A stretch of DNA of 50,474 bases from Candidatus Fermentibacter danicus (GCA_001618615.1 LKHB01000226.1:15819-66292); one strand, 5' to 3'. Shown: positions 1-10,097, counted from the stretch's first letter. Program-made: numbers and translations. The notes: generated by a model not told the origin, from the sequence alone.

Positions 1-403
1 TGATCTCGGCCCGCACCAGATCGGCGGTCCCGACGGGGACCGTACTCTTGTTCACCACGATCCTCGGGCCGTCGATGTTCTCTCCGATCTCGCGCGCGAC
101 CGCGAGGACATGCTTCAGGTCGGCCGAACCGTCCTCGTCCGGGGGCGTTCCCACGGCGATGAAGATGATCCTGCAGCTCCGGACCGCTCCCGGGAGGTCG
201 GTGGTGAAGACGAGGCGGCCTTCGGCCCTGTTGCGCTGAACCATCTCCTCGAGTCCGGGTTCGTATATCGGAATGCCGCCGCTGTTCAGGAGATCTATCT
301 TGCTGCGGTCCCTGTCGACCGTGACAACTTCGTTTCCCGTCTCAGCGAAGCATGTCGCAGCCACGAGGCCGACATATCCGCTGCCGACTACCGCGATTCG
401 CAT
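1..403 (-). CDS. ugd: UDP-glucose 6-dehydrogenase, N-terminal part (runs off the window; absent from the ORF track)
   Basis: Manual translation from ATG at 403 (GGAGG RBS upstream): [26 protein letters not shown]...[10 protein letters not shown]...FIAVGTP...GSADL...[11 protein letters not shown], the Rossmann fold and family motifs. Confidence 0.93.
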   Translation of the reverse strand, partial: MRIAVVGSGYVGLVAATCFAETGNEVVTVDRDRSKIDLLNSGGIPIYEPGLEEMVQRNRAEGRLVFTTDLPGAVRSCRIIFIAVGTPPDEDGSADLKHVLAVAREIGENIDGPRIVVNKSTVPVGTADLVRAEI

Positions 404-443
404 CAGTCCTCCATGTCTTCCGTGGGCCGGGACTATGCCGTGC

Positions 444-2324
444 CTATTCTTCCGATCTTCCGACGGTCCTGAGTTCGCCGTTGCGGACCGTCATCCCCAT
501 GCCGTCCAGAAGGCCGGCCCAGAGCACCGCGGTCCTTCTGGAAATGCCCATCAGCTCCCTCATCTCCCCCAGCCGGAATTCGCCGTCGCCGAAACGCTCC
601 GCCAGCAGTCCGTGCGCCTTCCGCGCCATGGCTGGAGTGCAGACAATACCTTTCTCCAGCTCCAGGACAAGGCCCCTCTCCAGGAGGGAATCGAGGACGG
701 CGGCATCCATGTATGCCGCTTCGAAGCCCGCAAAGCCCGCCGAGTCTATCTCGGAGAGCCTGGTTTCGATCTCTTCGAGCTGGGCGGCCGTGAGTTCGGC
801 CGGATGCCCGGAGAGGGCGACCCTCTCACCGACCTTCACGATGGTTCCGTCCTCGGAGAGCTTCGCCATGAGTCCCTTTACGTACCACTGGGGCAGCCAG
901 GTCAGAACCTTCGGAACCGATGCGGTAGGGAGGCCCCTGCTCAGGGGTCTCTCGGCGTGATATGCCCGTAGGGCGGAGACGATCGTCCCGGATGCCGTCT
1001 GGAAGTGCTCCATCGGCACGAGTCTTTCCGAGGAGCCATCCTTGACCAGCAGAGCGGCGCCGGACGAAACCAGGGCGGCCGCCGCCTCGTTCATCTCCTC
1101 CGGGGTCCTGCCTACCTCCCGCGCGGCCTCCGATATCGAAAGCCCCCCGGAAGGCCTGGCCTTGAGCCGTTCCATGAGGAATCCGCCCAGATCTCCTCCG
1201 GCCAGCATCTCCACCCGTCTGATCCTGTCGTCCCTGTTCCTGAGCCTAACCTTGGCGGTGTCCGATTCCAGTATCACGCCTCCGCCAATCGTTGTGACCG
1301 GCGAGAACCTCCTGATCACGAACCTGTCGCCGGGCATCGAGACCACCGGTTCCTCGAGCTGGAAATGGACGTATCCCGTCTCACCGGGAGCCAGATCCGA
1401 GCCCTCCATGGGAATCGCCCTCGCCATCACCTCGGCGGTGCCGCAGTGGAAGCGGACCCTCTGTCTCATCCTGAGAGGGCAGCCGGGAAGAAGCGTCATC
1501 TCGGTGTCGAGAGCCGTAGGGGCCGAAAGCCATCCCGGGGTGGCCAGGCAGCTCCCCCTGTGGGCCTCCTCGCGTTCCAGGCCTACGAGGTTGAGCGCCA
1601 CCCTGTCGCCGGATGTTCCTGCGCCCCTTGTCCTTCCCTCGTTCACGCGCATCTCCCTGACCCGGAACTGCCTCCCCCCGGGGAGAAGCTCGAGGGTGTC
1701 GCCCTGGTTCACGGCGCCCGCCAGCACCGTACCGGCCACGATCGTACCATGGCCCTGCAGTGTGAAGACCCTGTCGATCGAGAGCCTGAACCTTCCGTCG
1801 GTGGAACTCCTGTCGGTCAGCACCGCCATCTCGATCAGGGCGGACCGCAGTTCCTCCATCCCGGCCCCGGTCAGCGAGGAGACCCTGTATATCCGGGAAC
1901 CGGCGTAGCCGCCCGCTGCGAGCAGTTCCTCGATCTCGGCCTCGGCCAGATCCTGGAGGTCCGCATCTACGAGATCGCACTTGGTGAGAGCCACGAGGCC
2001 GCGCTTCACGCCCAGGAGGCGAAGGATGTCGAGGTGCTCGCGGGTCTGGGGCATCACGCCCTCGTCGGCGGCCACGACCAGCAGGAAGAAGTCCACGGTG
2101 GCCACTCCGGCGACCATCTGTCTGACGAACCTCTCGTGGCCCGGCACGTCTATGAAGGCAAGGACCCCGCCATCGGGCAGGGGCATGAAGACGTAGCCCA
2201 GCTCGATGGTTATGCCTCTGAGCTTCTCCTCCTCGAGCCTGTCCGGATCGACTCCCGTGAGACGGCGCATGAGGGAACTCTTGCCGTGGTCCACATGGCC
2301 GGCGGTGCCGGCGACTACGCCCAC
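444..2324 (-). CDS. selB: Selenocysteine-specific translation elongation factor SelB
   Basis: [33 protein letters not shown] GTPase motifs plus C-terminal winged-helix region; GTG start at 2324 overlaps the selA end, with a GGAGA RBS. Confidence 0.95.
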   Translation of the reverse strand: MGVVAGTAGHVDHGKSSLMRRLTGVDPDRLEEEKLRGITIELGYVFMPLPDGGVLAFIDVPGHERFVRQMVAGVATVDFFLLVVAADEGVMPQTREHLDILRLLGVKRGLVALTKCDLVDADLQDLAEAEIEELLAAGGYAGSRIYRVSSLTGAGMEELRSALIEMAVLTDRSSTDGRFRLSIDRVFTLQGHGTIVAGTVLAGAVNQGDTLELLPGGRQFRVREMRVNEGRTRGAGTSGDRVALNLVGLEREEAHRGSCLATPGWLSAPTALDTEMTLLPGCPLRMRQRVRFHCGTAEVMARAIPMEGSDLAPGETGYVHFQLEEPVVSMPGDRFVIRRFSPVTTIGGGVILESDTAKVRLRNRDDRIRRVEMLAGGDLGGFLMERLKARPSGGLSISEAAREVGRTPEEMNEAAAALVSSGAALLVKDGSSERLVPMEHFQTASGTIVSALRAYHAERPLSRGLPTASVPKVLTWLPQWYVKGLMAKLSEDGTIVKVGERVALSGHPAELTAAQLEEIETRLSEIDSAGFAGFEAAYMDAAVLDSLLERGLVLELEKGIVCTPAMARKAHGLLAERFGDGEFRLGEMRELMGISRRTAVLWAGLLDGMGMTVRNGELRTVGRSEE

Positions 2325-3691
2325 AGTTCTCCGGCTGCGCCGCTGACCTTTACGGCGAGGATTTCGAGCTGACCGGGGAGGACCGTACGGAGGTCGAGAT
2401 AGAGTCTGCCGTTCTCCAGCCTGCCGGCCACCGCCGGTGTGCATCTGCGAAGTGCCGCCGCCAGGGCTCCGCAGTCCGGCGAATCTATGACGACACCCCG
2501 GGAGGGTATCGCCGAATCGGGCAGCGCACCGCTTCCTACGAAGCTGTCCATCGACGAGGCCGACACGGTGCAGACCGCCGGGAGACGGAGCATCCCGATC
2601 AGCCCGGCAACCCGCTCATCGAGAACCTCCGGGTCGGCTGCCAGCATCGCGTAGACCGGATGGTTGGTCCTGACGTACCCGGGCTCCTCGAGAAAGATCT
2701 TGAGCGTAGCCTCCAGGGCGGCCAGCGTGAGCTTGCATACCCGCAGGGCCCTTGCGAGCGGGTGCTTCCTGATGATCGAGACCAGATCCCTCCTGCCGGC
2801 GATTATCCCCGCCTGGGGGCCGCCTATGAGCTTGTCGCCGGAACTCGTGACCAGCGCGGCGCCGGCCCTGATGCTCATGGGAATGGTCGGCTCCGGCGGG
2901 AGCCCGAACAGGGACAGATCCACCAGGGAGCCGGCTCCCAGGTCATCCATGACCGGTATGCCGGTTTCCGCCCCCAGGGCCACCAGGTCTTCGAGTGGAA
3001 CCTCGGATGAGAAACCCCTTATGCGGTAGTTGGAGGGATGGACCCTGAGCAGCATGGCGGTTTCGGGGCCGATGGCCGAGGCGTAATCCTTCAGATGCGT
3101 GCGGTTCGTGCAGCCCACCTCCCGCATGATCGCACCGGACTGCTTCATCACGTCCGGGATGCGGAAGGAACCGCCGATCTCTACGAGCTGACCGCGGGAC
3201 ACCACCACTTCCCGGCCGGCAGTCAGGGCGGACAGCGCCAGGAGCGTTGCGCCCGCGTTGTTGTTTACGACTGTGGCCGCCTCCGCGCCTGTAAGCTCGC
3301 AGATCAGGCCCTCCACATGAGAATCGCGGTTGCCTCTCGCTCCCGTCTCCCAGTCCCACTGGAGGCTGCAGAAGCCCCGGGCGGCGGAAGACACGGCCTC
3401 CGCAGCGGAGTCGGAGAGCGCGGCACGGCCGAAAGCAGTGTGAAGGACGATCCCCGTGGCGTTTATGACCGGTCCGAGACTCGTCCGGGCCATGGCCGAA
3501 GCCTCCTCGACGGCCACCCTGCCGATGTCCTCCACCGGGCTTCCGCCGTCCCTGATGGATGCCCGGGCTCTCGCCAGAACGGCTCTGGCGGCGCGGCGGG
3601 CGAGCGCATGGGGAATGCCGGGGCTGGCGTTCTCTATAATCGCCAGCAGTTCGTTGACGGCGGGGAGACGGCTGAGATCTCCGCCGGCCAT
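2315..3691 (-). CDS. selA: L-seryl-tRNA(Sec) selenium transferase
   Basis: VINATGIVLHT, VVNNNAGA, SRGQLVEIGGSFRIP, EVGCTNRTH, PLP lysine in SGDKLIGGPQAG. Confidence 0.96.
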   Translation of the reverse strand: MAGGDLSRLPAVNELLAIIENASPGIPHALARRAARAVLARARASIRDGGSPVEDIGRVAVEEASAMARTSLGPVINATGIVLHTAFGRAALSDSAAEAVSSAARGFCSLQWDWETGARGNRDSHVEGLICELTGAEAATVVNNNAGATLLALSALTAGREVVVSRGQLVEIGGSFRIPDVMKQSGAIMREVGCTNRTHLKDYASAIGPETAMLLRVHPSNYRIRGFSSEVPLEDLVALGAETGIPVMDDLGAGSLVDLSLFGLPPEPTIPMSIRAGAALVTSSGDKLIGGPQAGIIAGRRDLVSIIRKHPLARALRVCKLTLAALEATLKIFLEEPGYVRTNHPVYAMLAADPEVLDERVAGLIGMLRLPAVCTVSASSMDSFVGSGALPDSAIPSRGVVIDSPDCGALAAALRRCTPAVAGRLENGRLYLDLRTVLPGQLEILAVKVSGAAGELWA

Positions 3692-3694
3692 GCC

Positions 3695-4759
3695 CTACGC
3701 GCCTTCCCTGGTGTAGGAGAGGGCGCCGAGCAGGTGAATGGCCCTGCCGGGGCACTTCGGAGCACAGAGCCCGCAGCCGACGCACTTGTCCTTGTCGACG
3801 TCATGCTTCGCCTTCGGCTCTCCCGTTATAGCGTTCACCGGACAGGCCTCGGCGCATATGCCACAGCCGGTGCACTCGTTGTCGATATAGGCCTTCGGGC
3901 GTGCAGGAGCCCTGTCGACGATGGCGCCGGTGGGGCAGACAGTGGCGCAGAGCCCGCAGTTGATGCACTTCTCCGGATCGATCGAGGCGAGGTTGTCGCT
4001 CACGGTTATCGCGTTCGCCGGACAGGCCTTCGCGCACCTGCCGCAGGCTATGCAGGCCACCGCACAGGCCTTCCTGGCGGTCGGCCCGCGGTCCCTGTTG
4101 CTGCAGGCGACCGTGACCTGGCGATTCTCCGGCCACAGGGAGACGACCCCCTTGGGACAGGTCTTCACGCACTTGCCGCAGCCGGTGCATTTCTCCCCGT
4201 CCACCACGGGAACGCCGTTCTCGCCTATCCGGATGGCCCCGAAGGGGCAGGCTCTTACGCAGTCGCCCATGCCGAGGCATCCGAACCTGCAGGCCTTGTC
4301 CCCTCCCATCACCATGGCGGCGGAAGCGCAGGAACAGGGGCCGTCGTAGGTGAAAGCCAGTCCGGTCGAGTGTCCTCCGTTGCACCGGATCACCGCGATC
4401 CTGCGGATCGAGTCCTGCACCTCGACGCCCATTGCTGATGCGAGGGCGGAGAGCGTCGCTGGATTGGCGGCCACACAGCCCGCAGGCTGGGATTCTCCCT
4501 TGGCGAGCGCCTCCGCGAAGCCCCCGCAGCCGGGAAATCCGCATCCGCCGCAGTTGGCTCCGGGAAGCAGGGACTCCAGCTTCTCGATCAGCGGGTCCTT
4601 CTGGACCGCCAGCCTCCGTGCCGCGATCGCGAGGCCAACGCCGAGCAGGAGGCCGGTGGCGCCGAGAAGACCCGCAGGCAGAAGCACTCCTTCGGAAAGG
4701 GACGGCTCCGTGGACTGGATCTGGGAGACCGCCGCCATGAATAGCAGTTCCGCGATCAT
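3695..4759 (-). CDS. rnfB: Rnf complex subunit B (polyferredoxin type)
   Basis: N-terminal TM, LPGANCGGCGFPGC, multiple CxxCxxCxxxCP motifs; last rnf gene. Confidence 0.93.
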   Translation of the reverse strand: MIAELLFMAAVSQIQSTEPSLSEGVLLPAGLLGATGLLLGVGLAIAARRLAVQKDPLIEKLESLLPGANCGGCGFPGCGGFAEALAKGESQPAGCVAANPATLSALASAMGVEVQDSIRRIAVIRCNGGHSTGLAFTYDGPCSCASAAMVMGGDKACRFGCLGMGDCVRACPFGAIRIGENGVPVVDGEKCTGCGKCVKTCPKGVVSLWPENRQVTVACSNRDRGPTARKACAVACIACGRCAKACPANAITVSDNLASIDPEKCINCGLCATVCPTGAIVDRAPARPKAYIDNECTGCGICAEACPVNAITGEPKAKHDVDKDKCVGCGLCAPKCPGRAIHLLGALSYTREGA

Positions 4760-4760
4760 C

Positions 4761-5402
4761 TCACACCCCCAGGCCGGCGAAGCCCAGGAAGGCGATGGAC
4801 ATCACGCCCGCGAGAATGAACGTGATCGGCTTGCCCTTCATCGCGTCCGGGGTGTTCGACATCTCCAGGCGCTCGCGAAGGCCCGCCATGAGTATCAGGG
4901 CCAGGGAGAAGCCCAGGGCGCCGGCCACGGCGTTCACCACGCCGAGCCCGAGGCTGTAGCCCGCGTCCTTGTTCAGGACCGCCACGCCCAGCACGGCGCA
5001 GTTCGTCGTTATCAGGGGCAGGTAGATTCCGAGAGCCTTGTAGAGCGCCGGGCTGAACTTGAGAAGCACCATCTCCACGAACTGGACCAGCGCCGCGATT
5101 ATCAGGATGAACACGATGGTGCTGAGGTACTCCAGGTGCAGCGGGACCAGGAGGAGCTGCCACAGGACGTAGCAGCTCGCAGCGGTCATGGCCATAACGA
5201 AGACGACGGCGGCGCCCATGCCGAGCGCAGAGTCGAGCTGCTTCGAGACCCCGAGGAATGGGCAGATCCCGAGGAAGCGCGAGAGTACGTAATTGTTTAT
5301 AAGGATTCCGCCAATGACGAGACCCATTATCTGAGAGAGACCCGCACCGCCGCCGGCGGGAGTCGCACCCAGCAGAGCGGCCAGGATTGTCGGGGCGTTC
5401 AT
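4761..5402 (-). CDS. rnfA: Rnf complex subunit A
   Basis: NNYVLSRFLGICPFLGVS, LGIYLPLITTNCAVLG; ATG at 5402 overlaps the rnfE stop. Confidence 0.94.
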   Translation of the reverse strand: MNAPTILAALLGATPAGGGAGLSQIMGLVIGGILINNYVLSRFLGICPFLGVSKQLDSALGMGAAVVFVMAMTAASCYVLWQLLLVPLHLEYLSTIVFILIIAALVQFVEMVLLKFSPALYKALGIYLPLITTNCAVLGVAVLNKDAGYSLGLGVVNAVAGALGFSLALILMAGLRERLEMSNTPDAMKGKPITFILAGVMSIAFLGFAGLGV

Positions 5403-6007
5403 GCCGCACGCTCCTTCCTGCGGTCTATGACGGCGAACGCCGCGAGAACGAAGCCCATCAGCACGAATGCTCCTGGAGGAAGGATCGCCATCAGGACGGG
5501 CTGATCCGCGTAGGCCTGGCCGAGAATGTTGATCCCGTACCAGGTGCCGCTGCCCAGTATCTCGCGGATGGAAGCCATCAGCGCCATCGCGAGCGTGAAG
5601 CCTATCCCCATTCCGACCCCGTCGAGGAAGGAGCTTGTCACGGTGTTCTTGTTTGCGAAGGCCTCGGCCCTGCCGAGGATGATGCAGTTGACCACTATCA
5701 GGGGAATGTAGATGCCCAGCGCCTTGTGGAGCGACGGCGCGTAGGCCGCCATGACCATGTCCACGAGGCTGACGAAGGTGGCTATGAAGACGATGTAGCA
5801 CGGGATCCTGATCTTGTCGGGGATCACGTTGCGCAGCGTCGATATCGCCACGTTGGACCAGATCAGCACGAATGTGACCGCCGCGCCCATGCCGAGCGCA
5901 TTCTGGACCGAGGTGCTGAGAGCGAGGAACGGGCACATGCCCAGACTGATCCTGAAGATGGGATTCTCGGTGTAGAATCCGTTGCTGAAGTCCTTCCAGA
6001 GGCTCAT
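5399..6007 (-). CDS. rnfE: Rnf complex subunit E
   Basis: ENPIFRISLGMCPFLA, IPLIVVNCIILGRAEAFA, LPPGAF; ATG at 6007. Confidence 0.94.
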   Translation of the reverse strand: MSLWKDFSNGFYTENPIFRISLGMCPFLALSTSVQNALGMGAAVTFVLIWSNVAISTLRNVIPDKIRIPCYIVFIATFVSLVDMVMAAYAPSLHKALGIYIPLIVVNCIILGRAEAFANKNTVTSSFLDGVGMGIGFTLAMALMASIREILGSGTWYGINILGQAYADQPVLMAILPPGAFVLMGFVLAAFAVIDRRKERAA

Positions 6008-6594
6008 ATCGCCCCTCCGTCCCTGAACAGGCCCGCATCGCGCAGGGCGGAGACCCCGTCCGCTACGGAGCCGGTTATGGCCCGTCCGCTGACCGTCGCT
6101 CCGGTTACGGCGCTGACGCCGCCGCCGTCCCTGACAAGGGCCACCGAGGAGCCGTCCAGCCCGGAGAGCTGCTCCAGCCACTCGGGAGCCGCGTACCGGG
6201 TTCCCAGGCCGGGAGTCTCGGACTGGTAGAGGATCGTGGAGCCCACGATCGTTCCGGCCGGGTCGAGGGCCACCATCGTCTCGATGACGCTGGAGTAGCC
6301 CTTCCTGTATGCGGTGAAGACATATCCGACCCTGGCGCCGCCGGCCCGAACCTCCACCACCGCCAGACTGCGCCCTGTCTCGGCGTACGGGTTGGAGAGC
6401 CCCGGCACGGCCAGGGAATCGAAGACCAGGCTGTCGCCGAGGGGCGCGGACACAGCGTCCATCGCGGCGACCACGGCCATCTCCTTCTGTCGGGCGATCC
6501 TGTCCTCGGTGAGGGCGTTCACGTACCCGAGCGCGGCTGCGCAAAGCAGGCTCATCGCCATGAGTATCAGCCCGAGCTTCGCCATCTCACGCAT
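6004..6594 (-). CDS. rnfG: Rnf complex subunit G (FMN-binding)
   Basis: N-terminal TM, ETPGLG, flavinylation motif VTGATVS. Confidence 0.92.
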   Translation of the reverse strand: MREMAKLGLILMAMSLLCAAALGYVNALTEDRIARQKEMAVVAAMDAVSAPLGDSLVFDSLAVPGLSNPYAETGRSLAVVEVRAGGARVGYVFTAYRKGYSSVIETMVALDPAGTIVGSTILYQSETPGLGTRYAAPEWLEQLSGLDGSSVALVRDGGGVSAVTGATVSGRAITGSVADGVSALRDAGLFRDGGAI

Positions 6595-7663
6595 GCTTCC
6601 GCACCTCCCCGAACATCCTGGGCTTCGTGAATCTGTCGATGAGAGGGGTGGCGAGGTTCATGAGCAGGATCGAATATGAGCAGCCCTCGGGATATCCTCC
6701 CCAGCGCCTGATTACGACGGTGAGCAGCCCTGCACCCAGACCGAAGACCAGCCGTCCCGCGTGGGTGACCGGGGTGGTGACCATGTCCGTAGCCATGAAG
6801 AAGCCGCCGAGGATCACCCCTCCGGACAGGACGCTGAAGACCGCGCTGCCGTCGAAGAACCCGGGCCCGCCGAGAATCCATCCGAACAGGGCCACTGATC
6901 CCAGGTAGGAGAATGGAATCCGCCAGTCGAGAACCTTGCGTACGAACAGGTAGAGCGCCCCGAGCAGGAGGAGTATTATCGAAGTCTCGCCCAGGCAGCC
7001 TCCACGCCTTCCCGTGAGGAGATTCATCAGGGTGCCCGGATCGGTGAGCCCCTCGCGGACGGCCTGCCCGTCATGGGACTCCATCCCGAAGGAGTCCTTC
7101 CACGCGCGAAGGGGCGTAGCGCCGGTCACGGCGTCGGCCACGGGCATCTCCGACACGACGGAGGCGGGCATGCCATGGGTTTCGAATCCCGCCGCCGCGT
7201 TGCGCCACTCGAACGGAGCGCTCCATCCGGCGGTCATGAGGACGGGGAAGCTGGCCATCAGGAAGGCGCGGCCGAGCAGCGCCGGGTTCACCAGATTGCT
7301 GCCGAGGCCTCCGAAGACCTGCTTTCCCACCACTATCGCGAAGGCGGAACCGAGTACTGGAAGCCACCAGGGAACGCCCGGCGGCAGATTGTACGCCAGA
7401 AGAATGCCGGTCACTATCGCGCTGCCGTCCAGGGCGGCCGACGTGTCCCGCTTCATCAGCCTGAGGCAGACGAACTCCGCCGCCACGGCCGCAGCCACGC
7501 CGACGACGACAGGCAGCAGGGCGCCACGGAGGCCGAACAGCCACACGGCCCCCAGGAGGGCCGGGAGCAGGGCGATTACCACGTCGAACATGACCCTGCG
7601 GGTGGAATGCGGCGAGCCGAAGTGCGGCGACATCGAGACCTGGAAGGTTCTAGTCTCGGCCAT
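6587..7663 (-). CDS. rnfD: Rnf complex subunit D
   Basis: SPH, KQVFGGLGSNLVNPA, DAVTGATPL (FMN-Thr), FFMATDMVTTP; ATG at 7663. Confidence 0.94.
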   Translation of the reverse strand: MAETRTFQVSMSPHFGSPHSTRRVMFDVVIALLPALLGAVWLFGLRGALLPVVVGVAAAVAAEFVCLRLMKRDTSAALDGSAIVTGILLAYNLPPGVPWWLPVLGSAFAIVVGKQVFGGLGSNLVNPALLGRAFLMASFPVLMTAGWSAPFEWRNAAAGFETHGMPASVVSEMPVADAVTGATPLRAWKDSFGMESHDGQAVREGLTDPGTLMNLLTGRRGGCLGETSIILLLLGALYLFVRKVLDWRIPFSYLGSVALFGWILGGPGFFDGSAVFSVLSGGVILGGFFMATDMVTTPVTHAGRLVFGLGAGLLTVVIRRWGGYPEGCSYSILLMNLATPLIDRFTKPRMFGEVRKHA

Positions 7664-8976
7664 CACGCCTCCTTCGATCTCTTGGCGGCCCGGATCGCGT
7701 CCTGGGCCCTCTTGATGTAGTGGACGAGGAATCTGTCGCTGGGGCACACGAAGCTGCACGTCCCGCAGGCCATGCAGTTCAGGGCACCCAGCTCCTCGGC
7801 CCTGTCCCACTTCTCCTTCTCGGCATTGGCCGCGATGAGGCACGGAAGCAGCTTCATCGGGCATGCGTCCACGCATCTCCCGCACTTGATGCAGGGGCCC
7901 TCCGTGAGCTTCCTGGCTTCAGCGGTCGTGAGCGCCACGATCCCGCTCGTGCCCTTCGTGACCGGAACGGCGTCCGTGAACTGGGCGATGCCCATCATCG
8001 GCCCGCCCGACAGGAGCCTGCATACGTCGCCGGCATACCCTCCGGCCTCTGCGATCAGGTCGTGGAACGGAGTGCCGACGGCAGCGTCGAAGTTGCCCGG
8101 AGCCCTGACCCCCGCTCCCGAGACGGTGACTATCCTGCGGATGGACGGTTCCCCGTCGCGCACCGCCTGTGCCACGGCTGCGGCGGTGCCGACGTTCGGA
8201 ACGACGACCCCTATGTCGAGAGGAAGGCCGCCGACAGGCACCTCCCGCCCGGTTATGGCCTTGATGAGCTGCTTCTCGGAGCCCTGGGGGTACTTGACCT
8301 TCAAAACCTCGACGTCGACTCCCGCCCCGGACAGGGCCGCGATGGCGTCGGGCTTGTTCTCCTCGATGCCCACGGCGCATCTCTCCACACCCAGCACGAA
8401 AGCCATGATCTTCATGCCGAGAACGACGTCGGCCGTCCTCTCGACCATCAGCCTGTGGTCGGCAGTCAGATAGGGCTCGCATTCGGCGCCGTTCAGTATG
8501 AGGGTGTCGATCCTCTTCCCGTCGGGAGGGGACAGTTTGACGTGCGTAGGAAAGCTCGCCCCGCCCATGCCGCAGATGCCGGCCAGCCTTATCCTCTCGA
8601 TGATCTCGGCCGGGGTGCGGGATGTGAAGTCCGGCCAGGGCTCGAACGGCGGCGGGCCGTCCTCGGAATCGGTTTCGATCACGACCGCTAGGCCGGATCT
8701 CCTGTGCGGCAGGGGCATCTCCTCCAGCCCCGCCACCGTCCCCGTCACCGGCGAGTGGGTGGGAAGGCTGACATAGCCGTTCTGAGAGCCGATCTCCTGG
8801 CCGCGGACGACCTTGTCACCCTTGGCGACAACCGGCTTGGACGGCGCACCCAGATGCTGGCAAAGGGCCACCCTGACGGTCTCAGGCGCCTTTATCCGGC
8901 GTATCGCGGCTTTCCCGGCCAGTTCCTTGTACTCGTCCGGGTGGACCCCACCCGGAAAAGTCCTCAGTTTCGTCAT
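7663..8976 (-). CDS. rnfC: Rnf complex subunit C
   Basis: FPGGVHP, GMGGASFPTHVK, NGAECEPYLTADHRLM, YPQGSEKQL, GGPMMG, two 4Fe-4S motifs. Confidence 0.95.
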   Translation of the reverse strand: MTKLRTFPGGVHPDEYKELAGKAAIRRIKAPETVRVALCQHLGAPSKPVVAKGDKVVRGQEIGSQNGYVSLPTHSPVTGTVAGLEEMPLPHRRSGLAVVIETDSEDGPPPFEPWPDFTSRTPAEIIERIRLAGICGMGGASFPTHVKLSPPDGKRIDTLILNGAECEPYLTADHRLMVERTADVVLGMKIMAFVLGVERCAVGIEENKPDAIAALSGAGVDVEVLKVKYPQGSEKQLIKAITGREVPVGGLPLDIGVVVPNVGTAAAVAQAVRDGEPSIRRIVTVSGAGVRAPGNFDAAVGTPFHDLIAEAGGYAGDVCRLLSGGPMMGIAQFTDAVPVTKGTSGIVALTTAEARKLTEGPCIKCGRCVDACPMKLLPCLIAANAEKEKWDRAEELGALNCMACGTCSFVCPSDRFLVHYIKRAQDAIRAAKRSKEA

Positions 8977-9102
8977 GACCCTCCCGTTGTATTTCGATTC
9001 CCGTGAAAAGCCTCCGAGGGGCTGTGGATCGTAGATTATAGAGTGCGGGCATGTGAAGAATCTATAAGCGAAGCGACCCCTCCGAGGAAGGCCGTAAAGC
9101 CT

Positions 9103-9558
9103 TCATTTCGACCGGAGGAGCCCATCCAGCTCCTCCCTGAACTGGGCTACGTCCCTGAACTTCCTGTAGACGCTGGCGAAACGGACATAGGCCACCTCGT
9201 CGACCGTCTTCAGCATCTCCATGACGCATTCCCCGATATACTCGGAGCTGACCTCCTCGGGGAACTCCTCCGACACGGAGGCCGTCAGCTTCTCGACGAT
9301 GTCCTTCACCTGCTTGGCGGAAACGGGCCGCTTCTCGCACGCCCGGGCAATGCCCTTCTCGAGTTTGGCGGGATCAAAGGGCTCGCGCCTGCCGTCCTTC
9401 TTGACCACCGATGGGTAGCTGGTCTCGATAAACTCGTAGGTGGTGTAGCGGTAGCCGCAGTCGAAGCACTCGCGGCGGCGCCTGGTGGCCCTGCCCTCCT
9501 TGACAATGCGCGAATCGACGACCCTGTCGTCCATGCTTCCGCATCTAGGACACCTCAT
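9103..9558 (-). CDS. nrdR: Transcriptional repressor NrdR
   Basis: MRCPRC...RRRRECFDCGYRYTTYE zinc ribbon, ATP cone, VAYVRFASVY. Confidence 0.96.
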   Translation of the reverse strand: MRCPRCGSMDDRVVDSRIVKEGRATRRRRECFDCGYRYTTYEFIETSYPSVVKKDGRREPFDPAKLEKGIARACEKRPVSAKQVKDIVEKLTASVSEEFPEEVSSEYIGECVMEMLKTVDEVAYVRFASVYRKFRDVAQFREELDGLLRSK

Positions 9559-9593
9559 AGGCTCCCGCCAGCTCCTGAAGGGTGACAGGCATT

Positions 9594-9622
9594 AGCGTAT
9601 TCTCTGGAGTAATCCGCGTCAA
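9594..9622 (-). promoter_or_regulatory. sigma70-like promoter of nrdR
   Basis: TTGACG-17 nt-TACGCT on the minus strand, divergent from the tRNA promoter. Confidence 0.55.
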
Positions 9623-9634
9623 GAGCAGCCCTTC

Positions 9635-9663
9635 TTGACTTTGAGCGGCTTTCGACCTAGAAT
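9635..9663 (+). promoter_or_regulatory. sigma70-like promoter of tRNA-His/tRNA-Lys
   Basis: TTGACT-17 nt-TAGAAT followed by a GC-rich discriminator just before tRNA-His. Confidence 0.7.
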
Positions 9664-9674
9664 CGGTGCGCTCT

Positions 9675-9751
9675 GGTGGGAGTAGTTCAGTTGGTAGAGC
9701 CCTTGACTGTGGATCAAGTGGTCGCCGGTTCGACCCCGGTCTCCCACCCCA
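9675..9751 (+). tRNA. tRNA-His (GTG)
   Basis: G-1, acceptor GTGGGAG/CTCCCAC, anticodon arm CTTGA-CT GTG GA-TCAAG, TTCGA loop, encoded CCA. Confidence 0.96.
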
Positions 9752-9758
9752 GATTTTT

Positions 9759-9834
9759 GCGCCCCTAGCTCAGCTGGTAGAGCAACGGACTCTTAATCCG
9801 TAGGTTCCGGGTTCGAGCCCCGGGGGGCGTACCA
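9759..9834 (+). tRNA. tRNA-Lys (CTT)
   Basis: 76-nt cloverleaf, anticodon arm ACGGA-CT CTT AA-TCCGT, encoded CCA. Confidence 0.96.
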
Positions 9835-9838
9835 TCTC

Positions 9839-9870
9839 GCTCATCCCCGCGTCTGCGGGGATGAGCATTT
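9839..9870 (+). terminator. Hairpin after tRNA-Lys (probable terminator)
   Basis: GCTCATCCCCGC-GTCT-GCGGGGATGAGC, a 12-bp perfect stem followed by ATTT. Confidence 0.65.
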
Positions 9871-10020
9871 ATGGCTGCCGCCTTTGTTCCAGGTGCGGCG
9901 AGCCGTGAGAACGCCGAAGCCGCCTTCCCCTCGAAAGACGATGCCCGGAGGGCTTTTGATGCCCCTCCCCGCTTCCGGAGAAACCAGGAATACCGTATAG
10001 TTCCAGTCTCATCCGTCGGT

Positions 10021-10097
10021 GCGCCCGTAGCTCAGCTGGATAGAGCAGCGGACTTCTAATCCGCAGGCCTCGCGTTCGAATCGCGACGGGCGTACCA
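10021..10097 (+). tRNA. tRNA-Arg (TCT)
   Basis: 77-nt cloverleaf, anticodon arm GCGGA-CT TCT AA-TCCGC, encoded CCA; possible -10 TATAGT at 9996-10001. Confidence 0.96.

Noticed and set aside
9051-9068. Rex operator upstream of rnfC
   Set aside because: Only one half-site (TGTGAA) matches TTGTGAA-N4-TTCACAA.
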